DNA of 64,000 nt from positions 79,619-143,618 of the forward strand of contig CAZDXF010000001.1 in assembly GCA_964509605.1 (NCBI GenBank), given 5' to 3'. The translations under genes and the position numbers were made by a program. The DNA is from an uncultured Candidatus Saccharibacteria bacterium (GTDB lineage: Bacteria > Patescibacteriota > Minisyncoccia > Phycocordibacterales > Zambryskibacteraceae). Positions 54,776 through 63,700 of this stretch are shown here, in pieces. The notes beneath the pieces were generated by a model that ran no database searches, was not told where the DNA came from, and saw only the letters and a list, made by a program, of their open reading frames with translations. How positions within the stretch are numbered: position 1 is the first letter of the stretch; each line of letters begins with the position of its first letter.

Positions 54776-56038
54776 TTAAGAGAAGAAATCGTGGAATTTC
54801 CAAAGAAGAAGATGGTTTACCGAAAGATGCTGACTTTTTCCAGATTTTCTTTCTTTTATTTCCACCGTATCATCCGCATTTCCTCTTTCACTAACAATTA
54901 TTTGATAAGGAATTCCTATTAGATCGGCATCTGCAAATTTTTCACCAGCCCTCGCATCCCTATCGTCATAAAGTATTGCCTTATTTTTTGAAAGCTCTTC
55001 GTATATCTTTTCAGCTCTTTTTTTGACATTTGAATCAGAACTAGGAATTTCCAAAATGTGAGCATCAAAAGGGGCGACATCTTCTGGCCAGACAATTCCC
55101 TTTTCGTCAGAAAGCACCTCAACGATTGTTCCCATAAGTCTACCTAGCCCAATTCCATAACTTCCCATAATTACCGGCTTTTTATCACCATTTTCATCAG
55201 TAAAATAAAGACCGAGAGCTTCCGAAAACTTTGTTCCCAGAGAAAATATATTTCCAACTTCTATTGCTTTTTCTTCCCTCAAACCCTCTCTTCTTGTATT
55301 AAATTCACTAAAGTCCACCTCATCAACAATCTCTTTGTTGAAAGCAATTTTATTTTCCTCATCAACAAAAATTGTGTCTTCTCCACTTTGAGTTAAAGTC
55401 TGAAACTCGTGAGAATACTTGCTAAAACTTCCACCAGAAGCAAAGGTTATAAAGGTCTTTTCTCCAATTCCCACTCTGTTGAAAACATTGAAATAAGCCT
55501 GTTTTGATTTTTCGTAAAAATCATCATGCTCTTCTTTGCTTTTTGAAAACGAATACAAATCTTTCATCAAAAACTCTCTGCCTCTCAAAATTCCGCTCTT
55601 CTGTCTAAGCTCATTTCTAAATTTTGTTTGAAATTGATACGCATATTTGGGCAAATCTCTGTAAGAAGAGATGTGTTCAGTCATAATTCTCGTCAAAGGT
55701 TCTTCGTGTGTAAGACCCAAACCCACTTCGCTGTTGTTTTTGAGTTTTGTTTTAAACCAAATATCGTCCTCTCCCAAGTCCCATCTTCCACTTTTATTCC
55801 AGACTTCTGGATCTTGAAGTGCTGTAAGAGACATTTCCTGACCTCCAAGAAGATTCATCTCTTGCCTTATAATTTCCTCAATCCTCTTTACCACCCTGAG
55901 ACCCAAAGGTAAAAGAGTATAAACACCCGCCATTTCCTTAAAAATAAAACCGGCCCTTATCAAAAGCTGGGCATTTTTTGCCACCTCATCTTTTGGAGCT
56001 TCTCGCCTTGTTTTTGTAAATAATTGAGACTGCTTCAT
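54776..56038 (-). CDS. proS: Proline--tRNA ligase
   Basis: N-terminus QLFTKTRREAPKDEVAKNAQLLIRAGFIFKEMAGVYTLLPLGLRVVKRIEEIIRQEM closely parallels ProRS. The start is taken at the ATG 12 codons into the TTG-initiated track ORF. Confidence 0.85.
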   Translation of the reverse strand: MKQSQLFTKTRREAPKDEVAKNAQLLIRAGFIFKEMAGVYTLLPLGLRVVKRIEEIIRQEMNLLGGQEMSLTALQDPEVWNKSGRWDLGEDDIWFKTKLKNNSEVGLGLTHEEPLTRIMTEHISSYRDLPKYAYQFQTKFRNELRQKSGILRGREFLMKDLYSFSKSKEEHDDFYEKSKQAYFNVFNRVGIGEKTFITFASGGSFSKYSHEFQTLTQSGEDTIFVDEENKIAFNKEIVDEVDFSEFNTRREGLREEKAIEVGNIFSLGTKFSEALGLYFTDENGDKKPVIMGSYGIGLGRLMGTIVEVLSDEKGIVWPEDVAPFDAHILEIPSSDSNVKKRAEKIYEELSKNKAILYDDRDARAGEKFADADLIGIPYQIIVSERGNADDTVEIKERKSGKSQHLSVNHLLLWKFHDFFS

Positions 56039-56090
56039 CCCCAAAATACTAGCGTATTTAAAGGGAGTCAGCAAATTTTAAGAACCAGTT

Positions 56091-57179
56091 TTAAAAGAGT
56101 TTTAGTATGTCATTTATGGTAACAGCCACCATAAGAAGAATGAGAAGAATAAAACCCAGGCCATTTAAAGTGTTTGCGATTTGAGGTTTTATTGGGCTAC
56201 CTTTTATTGCTTCAATGATTACAAATAAAATTCTGCCACCATCAAGCGCAGGAAATGGAAGTAAGTTTATTATTGCCAAGTTTATAGAAATAAAAGCAGT
56301 AAAAGAAAGGAGGTAAATTATTCCAAGCTGAGAAACATCTCCAACGAGACCCACAATTCCCACAGGTCCGGTAATTTCCGAGAAACCGCCATTTCCAGTA
56401 AAAGCGTCTTTTATGAAATTAAATAAACCGACACTTATTACTCCAATAAGACTGACCGTTGTCTTTCCCGCTTCCCAAAAAGCTTCGTGTGGAGGAAGTC
56501 TCAAAGTTCCGATCATATCCATAGAGACTCCGACTACTGATCTGCCAGAGACAATTCCCTCTTCTGGAGTGAGATTAAATGTTAGTTCCTGCTGACCCCT
56601 TCTTATTTCAAAAAGTATTTCATCTCTACTGTGAGCTTCAATAAAATTGGAAACACCTTGCGGAGAAACTTCTTCCAAAACCCTGTCTTGAGAAGAGACA
56701 GCACTTATCACATCTCCTGGCTTAATACCCGATCTCTCCGCCGGAGAATCTGGTGATATTTGAGTTATGACGAGCTTTGGATCTATGACTCTATCGGGCG
56801 CTTCAGAAACCGGAGTTGGTAATCCAAACATGGAACCAAAAGATATAAGGACCCAAGCAAATATAATATTAAAAAATACCCCAGCGCCCAAAACAGCTGT
56901 CTGAACCAATTTTGGTTTGTAAGCAAAATTTCTACTTCTCTCTTCTTCCGGAATAGGCTCTTCTGTTGGATCTTCTCCTACAATTTTAACAAAACCACCA
57001 AAAGGAACTGCGTTTAGTGAATAGAGCGTTTCTCCAACTTTTTTACTCCAAATTTTTGGAGGAAAACCAATACCAAATTCATCTACTCTAATGCCTGATT
57101 TTTTTGCGACCAAAAAATGTCCGAGTTCGTGGACAAAAATCAAAACACCCAAAATTATTATAAAAATAATGATGCTCAT
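56091..57179 (-). CDS. rseP: Site-2 protease RseP (M50 zinc metalloprotease with PDZ)
   Basis: HExxH (FVHELGHF), a PDZ domain, LDGG motif. Confidence 0.9.
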   Translation of the reverse strand: MSIIIFIIILGVLIFVHELGHFLVAKKSGIRVDEFGIGFPPKIWSKKVGETLYSLNAVPFGGFVKIVGEDPTEEPIPEEERSRNFAYKPKLVQTAVLGAGVFFNIIFAWVLISFGSMFGLPTPVSEAPDRVIDPKLVITQISPDSPAERSGIKPGDVISAVSSQDRVLEEVSPQGVSNFIEAHSRDEILFEIRRGQQELTFNLTPEEGIVSGRSVVGVSMDMIGTLRLPPHEAFWEAGKTTVSLIGVISVGLFNFIKDAFTGNGGFSEITGPVGIVGLVGDVSQLGIIYLLSFTAFISINLAIINLLPFPALDGGRILFVIIEAIKGSPIKPQIANTLNGLGFILLILLMVAVTINDILKLF

Positions 57180-57727
57180 TAGTTCATTATTTCGGCTTCT
57201 TTCCTTTCTGCCATAGCATCAAGATTTTTATTGGCATCATCAACAATCTTCTGCATTTCATTTTTAAGTCTAAACTTGTCGTCTTCGGCAATTTCTCCAG
57301 CTTTTTCTTTTTCCTGTATCTCTTCCCAGACCCTCTCCCTCTCTTTTCTCAAGCTGATTCTGGCCTCTTCGTGTTTTTGATTTGCAACCTTTGTCAAAGA
57401 AGTTCTTCTTTCCGAAGTCAATTCTGGAAATGAAATCCGCAATCCTTTTTCATCCGAAGAAACAGACAACCCGAGATCAGAATCTAAAACAGCTTTTTCT
57501 ATTGATTTGACCTGCGTCATATCCCAAGGAACCACTCTTATGGTCTTGGGATCTTCTACAGCAATGCTGGCCAATTGATTTATGTGCATTCTAGACCCGT
57601 AGGAATCAACAGAAATTGCATCCAAGATTGCTGGAGTTGCTCTACCCGTCCGTATTGAAGAAAACTCTTTTTTGAGCCACTCTTCAATGTCAGATATTTT
57701 TTGTTTGAACTGATTAAAGTTATACAT
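57179..57727 (-). CDS. frr: Ribosome recycling factor
   Basis: Full-length RRF with the conserved helical-bundle and beta-domain layout (MYNFNQFKQKISDIEEWLKKEFSSIRTGRA). Confidence 0.95.
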   Translation of the reverse strand: MYNFNQFKQKISDIEEWLKKEFSSIRTGRATPAILDAISVDSYGSRMHINQLASIAVEDPKTIRVVPWDMTQVKSIEKAVLDSDLGLSVSSDEKGLRISFPELTSERRTSLTKVANQKHEEARISLRKERERVWEEIQEKEKAGEIAEDDKFRLKNEMQKIVDDANKNLDAMAERKEAEIMN

Positions 57728-57760
57728 ATTTTCTAAATTGTATCAGAGAAAAGTACGAAA

Positions 57761-58282
57761 TCAATTTATCTGCAAAGCCATAAAAATAAACAAAGTAGCA
57801 ATAATCATTTGAATTATTGGCCCAATAACATAACGGCCCCTCATTCTTATGTGAGTGTGGATGAAAAGATGAAATTTCTGGAGAGATGTTAGAGGCTCTT
57901 TTCTAATCTTGAAATATAGAAACTGGAGTCCGTCCGGAGCAATTCCACCAAAAGCACCCCACAAAACCGGCCAAAAAAACAGACTTCCAATATCCAAAAG
58001 AACAGAGAAGCCTTGGGGATGAAAAAAGAAAAATATAATGAGGAAACCCAGCGCCAAATCTAAAATCATTTTTGAAATATCAATCAAAAAATTTTTTCCG
58101 ATGACCAAATCACCATCCAAATCATTTTGTCCATCTTTTTTAGAAAGAAGATGATAATCCCAATGAGGTATTGCATCCAAAAGATAGTGGCTAGCCATTC
58201 CAGCAACAAATGCGCCAACTGGATTTGCTCCAGAAATTACTGCCAAGGAACCCCCGACAATTGAATGAGTAGAAAAAACCAT
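57761..58282 (-). CDS. Membrane-bound metal-dependent hydrolase-like protein (DUF457/YdjM-like)
   Basis: Polytopic membrane protein with HYLLDAIPHWDYH (H..D..PH.D pattern). Confidence 0.5.
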   Translation of the reverse strand: MVFSTHSIVGGSLAVISGANPVGAFVAGMASHYLLDAIPHWDYHLLSKKDGQNDLDGDLVIGKNFLIDISKMILDLALGFLIIFFFFHPQGFSVLLDIGSLFFWPVLWGAFGGIAPDGLQFLYFKIRKEPLTSLQKFHLFIHTHIRMRGRYVIGPIIQMIIATLFIFMALQIN

Positions 58283-58284
58283 AT

Positions 58285-58950
58285 TTAAGGCAAGACAGAA
58301 GCTATGTGCTCAAGAAGCATTTTAACAGAAGGTGATCTACTGAACATATATTCTCTAGCTTTCACTATTTCCTGCAGAGCAAAATTCAAATCTTCACTTC
58401 TATTATCTTTAATAAAAAGTTCTGTTTCTAAAGCAGAAAGAAGGTTGATGGCTTTTGCTTTATCTTTTTCGTCCGATATTTCTTTTATAATTTTTGCTCT
58501 TTCTCCCTGATTTGAATTCAAAAAATTCCTAGCCGATTTTTCTTCCTCCAGAGCTTCTCTGCCCAGATCTAATAAAAAAAGACGAGATCGAAGTGTCGGC
58601 AAAAATATTTCATGATTCGGAACAATTATAAAAAAATGATTGTCTGGATTTGGTTCTTCAAAAAGTTTAAGTAGCGAATTTTGTGCTTCAAAAGTTATAG
58701 AATCAAAAACTAAAACAAAAAATTTCTTATTTCCAAATGGTTTTGTTGAATGAAGATCAGAAATCTTTCTACCATCATCAATTCCAAAAGTCTCATATTC
58801 CCCCATCCAAAAATCGGGGTTTCCTCTGATTTTAGTTTTTAGATCTTTTTCTATAAACACAAGCACTTTGGAAAGTGCCGTATTTCTATCTCCGCAAATG
58901 CCATAAGCGTGGTGAATAGATTCCGGTTTTATATAAAGAGAAAGATTCAT
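58285..58950 (-). CDS. holB: DNA polymerase III clamp-loader delta' (or delta) subunit-like
   Basis: AAA+-like fold lacking an intact P-loop, with an SRC-type motif (TLRSRLF). Confidence 0.7.
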   Translation of the reverse strand: MNLSLYIKPESIHHAYGICGDRNTALSKVLVFIEKDLKTKIRGNPDFWMGEYETFGIDDGRKISDLHSTKPFGNKKFFVLVFDSITFEAQNSLLKLFEEPNPDNHFFIIVPNHEIFLPTLRSRLFLLDLGREALEEEKSARNFLNSNQGERAKIIKEISDEKDKAKAINLLSALETELFIKDNRSEDLNFALQEIVKAREYMFSRSPSVKMLLEHIASVLP

Positions 58951-58957
58951 GGTGGTT

Positions 58958-59014
58958 TAGCTTATAGCTTACGTGCCCGTTGGTTTTTTGCCAAGCAAAA
59001 ACCTTAGGGTAGCT
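58958..59014 (-). promoter_or_regulatory. ~50-bp promoter module (TTGGCA-N17-TAAGCT with CCAACGGGCACG spacer) upstream of holB; inverted copy at 63618..63672 upstream of def
   Basis: AGCTTACGTGCCCGTTGGTTTTTTGCCAAGCAAAAACCTTAGGGTAGCTT. Its reverse complement is ~90% identical to 63620-63669. Confidence 0.45.
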
Positions 59015-59070
59015 TATAGTTTATATATAGACCACACAAGCTTCTAATTCGTATTTTGAGCCATTCAAAC

Positions 59071-59162
59071 AAACCGGACCTTAGAAAATATTGCGGAGGC
59101 CGACGGACCGAGCATAACAATTCCGTAGCAACGGAATATGTGCATTTTCTAAGGTCCGGTTT
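59071..59162. repeat. 19-bp perfect inverted repeat (AAACCGGACCTTAGAAAAT / ATTTTCTAAGGTCCGGTTT) enclosing a 54-nt loop that contains the ATTCCGT..ACGGAAT sub-hairpin
   Basis: It lies immediately 3' of the mreB-paralogue stop and ~120 bp upstream of holB. A large terminator, or a MITE-like or sRNA-like element. Confidence 0.5.
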
Positions 59163-59168
59163 CAAAGA

Positions 59169-60191
59169 CTATCGCTTTGCAATAATAGATTTCTTATATG
59201 TATCCAAATGCTCAAGAGCAATTCCTGTCCCCCTAGCAACACAATAAATTGGATCTTTTGCTAAAACCGCTTTCACTCCCGTTCTTCTAAAAATAAGCTC
59301 CGGAAGATTTCTCAACTGAGAAGTCCCTCCTGTCATTATAATTCCACGATCAATAATATCTGAGGAAAGTTCTGGCGGAGTTTCTTGCAATACATCCTTT
59401 ATTGCTTTTACAATCTCGCGAAGTTCTTTGCCGATTGATTTTACAATTTCATTTGTTTTTATTTCCACAGACCTAGGCAATCCTAAAACATAGTCCCTGC
59501 CTTTTATGGTCATTGAAAGCTCCTCGTCCAAAGGAACAGCTGATCCAACTTTTATTTTTATTTCCTCAGCTGTTCTGTCGCCTATCGCTAAGTTAAAAGT
59601 CTTTTTAATATAATCTGCAATCGCTGTATCAATTCTATTTCCTGCACACTTCACCGAAGTTGATGACACTATTCCACCCAAAGAAATTACCGCCACATCT
59701 GTAGTCCCTCCCCCAATATCAACAATCATATGCCCCAATGGTTCATGAATTGGAATACCCGCTCCAATGGCCGCTAAAATCGGCTCTTTAACAACATAAG
59801 CATTTTTTGCTCCGGCTTTTACTGCCGCTTCTACCACCGCCCTTCTTTCTGTTGAGCTGACACCTGCGGGAACAGAAACCAAAACATCTGGCTTTGAAAT
59901 ATTCCATCTTCCCATGGCTTTATTTATATAATACCTAAGCATGGCTTCAGTCGTTCTGTAATCTGCGATAACGCCATCTTTCATTGGACGATAAGCAATA
60001 ATATTTTCTGGAGTTTTTCCTATCATTTTCTTTGCATCAATCCCTATTGCCAAAATCTTATTGTCTTCTTCAGAAACGGCCACCACAGAGGGTTCATTTA
60101 GTACAATTCCTCGCCCAGGAACAAAGACGAGAACACTAGTCGTTCCTAAATCAATACCGAGTTTTTTGGAGAAAATACCCATATAATTCAA
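59169..60191 (-). CDS. MreB/Mbl-family actin homologue (second paralogue)
   Basis: 340 aa with actin-fold motifs (LGIDLGTTSV, DIGGGTTD, MTGGTS). Confidence 0.85.
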   Translation of the reverse strand: MNYMGIFSKKLGIDLGTTSVLVFVPGRGIVLNEPSVVAVSEEDNKILAIGIDAKKMIGKTPENIIAYRPMKDGVIADYRTTEAMLRYYINKAMGRWNISKPDVLVSVPAGVSSTERRAVVEAAVKAGAKNAYVVKEPILAAIGAGIPIHEPLGHMIVDIGGGTTDVAVISLGGIVSSTSVKCAGNRIDTAIADYIKKTFNLAIGDRTAEEIKIKVGSAVPLDEELSMTIKGRDYVLGLPRSVEIKTNEIVKSIGKELREIVKAIKDVLQETPPELSSDIIDRGIIMTGGTSQLRNLPELIFRRTGVKAVLAKDPIYCVARGTGIALEHLDTYKKSIIAKR

Positions 60192-60332
60192 GTTTTAAGA
60201 TACTATCACGACCGCCATAAGTCCAGAAAGGACCTCTTGCCAAAACCTCTTAAAATCTGGCGATAAATCAAAATCCCAAAAAAACATTGATTTTCAAAAG
60301 CTATTTTGCAAGAATTACGACCAAACTAAAAG

Positions 60333-61112
60333 ATGAGGGGCAAAATTTTCAAAAAAGCACTTATAACCATTGGGGTCGTAGCAATATTTGCTTTGGTAAT
60401 ACTAATGCAAAGCGGATGGAGACCTGAAGGTTCTCTTGTTTTGTCGGGGGCAAAAATTTCAATAGAAGTCCCTCTTGAAGGATCTGTTGTATTTTTAGAC
60501 GGCAAAGAGAAAGCTTATACTTCAAAAGATCGCGAATTAGTATCTCTGCCAAAAGTTTCAAAAGGAGAACACACGATAGTCGTGCATAAAGAAAATTTTT
60601 GGCCTTGGGCAAAAACTATTCAATCACAAAAAGGCGATGAATTTTATCTTAAAAGTTTTCATCTGCCACAAAGACTTGATGTTGAAAACTTGGAGCTAGG
60701 AAGTGAAGCCAGAGAAAATGCAAGAAGAAGACTTTTGAGCCACACAGCACCGAGCTCAAACAAACCAGTCTCTTCTGCAGACGAAAAAGCTTCCCTTTGG
60801 ACAGAAAATAATAAAATATTTGTGGAGTGGAAAGGCGGAGACAAACCTCATTATTTCTGTAAAGAAGAAATTTGCGACAGCAGAATAGAGGTATTAAACG
60901 CTCTCTCAAATATAATAAGTGCCGATTTTCTCAAAGATAGAAATGATGTCGTTATCTTTTCAAACGAAGAAGGAATATTCGCTATAGAAGTAGATAAAAC
61001 CGAAACACAAAACTTCCAACCGATATGGAGAGTAAGAAACCCAAAATTTGTCCAAAGCCCAGATGGTCTTTTTGTTGAAGAAGGCGGAGGAATCTATTTT
61101 ATCGCTTTCTAG
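60333..61112 (+). CDS. Hypothetical membrane-anchored protein (PEGA-like beta-sandwich N-region)
   Basis: N-terminal TM helix, then SLVLSGAKISIEVPLEGSVVFLDGKEKAYTS...GEHTIVV. Confidence 0.45.
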   Translation: MRGKIFKKALITIGVVAIFALVILMQSGWRPEGSLVLSGAKISIEVPLEGSVVFLDGKEKAYTSKDRELVSLPKVSKGEHTIVVHKENFWPWAKTIQSQKGDEFYLKSFHLPQRLDVENLELGSEARENARRRLLSHTAPSSNKPVSSADEKASLWTENNKIFVEWKGGDKPHYFCKEEICDSRIEVLNALSNIISADFLKDRNDVVIFSNEEGIFAIEVDKTETQNFQPIWRVRNPKFVQSPDGLFVEEGGGIYFIAF

Positions 61113-61156
61113 ATTTGGAGTTTGTAAAAGGTCTCTGAAAACAATAGTATTTAAGT

Positions 61157-63049
61157 ATGAGAGTCTTTGCTGTTATCCCAATTTCTAAAGGGATATCTAA
61201 AAACCTACTTTCTTACTTTGGCCCTGATTCAATTCCATTAGGCTCTTTAGTTTCTGTGCCACTCAGAGGAAAAGCTACTCCAGCAATAGTGGTAAAAAAA
61301 CAAGATGTCTTACACATAAAAAGCGAGTTGCGAAGTGCCAAATTTGAGCTTAAAAAAATAATTGCTGTAAAAGAAAAACATTTCTTGCCCGATAAGTTTT
61401 TGGAAAGCGCAGAGCAAACAGCAGAATTTTTTGCTTCTCCGATAGGGTCTTTTCTCGGTTCTGTAGTACCAAAATTTGTATTGGAACATTCAAGTAAAAT
61501 TGGAACAAAAGAAACCGGCACAGCCCATGGTGCTGGTGAAAAATTTGTAATACAGGCAGATGACGAAGAAAGAATTGTAAATTACAAAAGTTTTATCAGA
61601 GAAGAATTCGCAAAAAAACGATCTGTTTTTTTCTGCCTGCCGACAATAGAAGACATTAATAAAATAGAAAAGGTTTTGGATAGAGGTATAGAGCAATACA
61701 CTGTTTCTTTTCATAGCGGGCTTTCAAAAAAAGAATTTCTAAAAAGATACGAGGTGGTTAAAGATAGATCCCATCCTGTTTTGATTATCGGGACAGTCCC
61801 CTTTCTCTCTCTGTTTAGACAAGACATAGGATCAATAATTTTGGACAGAGAAAATTCTAGAGGATACAGAACTCTTTCAAGACCCTTTGTGGATTTAAAA
61901 AAATTCGCGGAAATTTTTGCTAAAAACAGAAAAGCTCGCTTTATTTTGGGAGACTCATTTCTCTCTGTAGAAACTCTATGGAGACAAAAAAATGATGAAC
62001 TCTTGGAATTCTCTCCAGTAAAATTCAGAAATTTAAGCTCTGCTGAGTGCGTGCTTATAGATATGAAAAAGAAAAAAGACTCCGAAGAGAAGGAGTTTAG
62101 GGTACTGAGTCCAGAGCTTGAAGAGCTCATCGAATTTAACAAGAAAAAAAATCAAAACCTTTTTATATTTAGTTCTAGAAAGGGTCTCTCTCCAGTGACG
62201 GTATGCGGAGATTGCGGAAAAGTGGTCGTATGCAAATCCTGTGGAGCTGTGTTAGTGCTTCACTCTGGAACACAAAACAAAGAAAATTTCTTTTTGTGCC
62301 ACAAGTGCGGAGAACAAAGAAGCGCTACGGAAAAATGTGAAAATTGCCGAAGCTGGAAACTTAATCCTCTTGGTATTGGAATAGAAAAAGTTGAAATAGA
62401 AATAAAGAAAAAATTCCCAGATGTAAAAATCTTTAGAGTAGACAAAGAATCGGCCAAAACTCAGAAAAAAGCTCGAGAAATTGTTTCAAAATTTGTCTCT
62501 TCCCCAGGGTCTATCCTTCTGGGCACAGAGATGGCTCTACTTTCTCTTTCGGAGTCGGTCGAAAATACAGCGGTCGCCTCTATGGACTCAATGTTTTCAA
62601 TTCCAGATTTTAGAATAAACGAAAGAGTTTTTTATATTCTCCAAAAAGTGAGATCTTTGGCAAAAAACATTTTTCTAGTTCAGACCAGAAACAGCGATAA
62701 CCCACTTTTTGAAAAAGCTATAAATGGTAGTGTTACGGAATTTTTTAGACAAGAGATAGAAGAAAGAGAAAAATTTAATTATCCTCCGTTCAAAATCTTT
62801 GTAAAAATTAGTTTGCAAGGGAAAAAAGCTGTTGTTTTGAAAGAAATGGAAGCTATTGAAAAAATGTTTGAAGGCGAAGACTTGAGCGTCTTTACTGGAT
62901 CTATCTCCGGAACTGGCGAAAAAATATTTTCTGTTCATGCATTAATGCGCTTTTCGCCAAAAGATTGGCCTAAAAAGTCTGTTATTGAAAAGATTCTACT
63001 TCTGCCACCACAATTCAAAATCCAAGTAGACCCAGAGAGTTTGCTTTAG
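61157..63049 (+). CDS. priA: Primosomal protein N' (PriA) homologue with degenerate helicase motifs
   Basis: N-terminal 3'-DNA-binding-like domain and the PriA Cys-rich region (CGDCGKVVVCKSCG...CHKCGEQ...CENC), with the C-terminal domain. Walker A is replaced by GTAHGAGEKF and the DEAH box by ILDRENS. Confidence 0.7.
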   Translation: MRVFAVIPISKGISKNLLSYFGPDSIPLGSLVSVPLRGKATPAIVVKKQDVLHIKSELRSAKFELKKIIAVKEKHFLPDKFLESAEQTAEFFASPIGSFLGSVVPKFVLEHSSKIGTKETGTAHGAGEKFVIQADDEERIVNYKSFIREEFAKKRSVFFCLPTIEDINKIEKVLDRGIEQYTVSFHSGLSKKEFLKRYEVVKDRSHPVLIIGTVPFLSLFRQDIGSIILDRENSRGYRTLSRPFVDLKKFAEIFAKNRKARFILGDSFLSVETLWRQKNDELLEFSPVKFRNLSSAECVLIDMKKKKDSEEKEFRVLSPELEELIEFNKKKNQNLFIFSSRKGLSPVTVCGDCGKVVVCKSCGAVLVLHSGTQNKENFFLCHKCGEQRSATEKCENCRSWKLNPLGIGIEKVEIEIKKKFPDVKIFRVDKESAKTQKKAREIVSKFVSSPGSILLGTEMALLSLSESVENTAVASMDSMFSIPDFRINERVFYILQKVRSLAKNIFLVQTRNSDNPLFEKAINGSVTEFFRQEIEEREKFNYPPFKIFVKISLQGKKAVVLKEMEAIEKMFEGEDLSVFTGSISGTGEKIFSVHALMRFSPKDWPKKSVIEKILLLPPQFKIQVDPESLL

Positions 63050-63123
63050 TTTGACAAATAATTTATATATGTCATGATTGGTAACAGACAACAACATAGT
63101 TCTTCATCAACAAGGAGAAACAG

Positions 63124-63573
63124 ATGCGCAAAACTATATGTGCCCTGATTTTTGGGCTTTCCGTTTTCGCATGCGAAAACGGAGCGTCGGTGGTAGATAG
63201 ACCAAATAGTAGTACCGGTGCTTCGGAGACATTGTTTAGGTTCGAACTGGCCCCGCAAATGAACGGTCATCTTTTCAGGAGCGGAGACTATTTCTTCTAT
63301 GTGATGTGTATGGGGCTTAACAGCCGAACTCGTTTTGAGAACGACCCACCGTGGTGGAACGCTCAGGTTAGGTTCGGACTAAGTCTGGAGAAATTGAAAA
63401 TCGACTCTCTTAGACTGGATATGGTTCAGCCTGGGCACTGGAATACTCACTACGGTAAAGATGAGTGGCGTCAGAATTCACCCAGCGCGACTCCAATCAG
63501 AGATATCAAGACAATCACCATCAACAGAACTGAGGGTTCTGCTTGTTGGCTCCTTCGAACAAAAGAATTCTGA
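63124..63573 (+). CDS. Hypothetical lipoprotein (149 aa); GC-rich cassette gene
   Basis: AAGGAGA Shine-Dalgarno sequence. Signal peptide with a lipobox-like LSVFAC. About 50% GC. A GC hairpin terminator follows. Confidence 0.5.
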   Translation: MRKTICALIFGLSVFACENGASVVDRPNSSTGASETLFRFELAPQMNGHLFRSGDYFFYVMCMGLNSRTRFENDPPWWNAQVRFGLSLEKLKIDSLRLDMVQPGHWNTHYGKDEWRQNSPSATPIRDIKTITINRTEGSACWLLRTKEF

Positions 63574-63577
63574 CCCC

Positions 63578-63615
63578 ACGAAGAACCTCACAGTTCTTCG
63601 TGGGGTTCTTTTCTT
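63578..63615 (+). terminator. Rho-independent terminator
   Basis: CCACGAAGAACCUCACAGUUCUUCGUGG + GGUUCUUUUCUU. Confidence 0.6.
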
Positions 63616-63617
63616 GA

Positions 63618-63672
63618 GTTATTTAAATAAAAGCTACCCTGATCTTTTTGCTTGTCAAAAAGCCAACGGGCA
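63618..63672 (+). promoter_or_regulatory. def promoter module (TTGTCA-N17-TAAGCT), inverted copy of 58958..59014
   Basis: AAGCTACCCTGATCTTTTTGCTTGTCAAAAAGCCAACGGGCACGTAAGCT. Confidence 0.45.
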
Positions 63673-63700
63673 CGTAAGCTAAAAACCAAAAGCTACAAAT

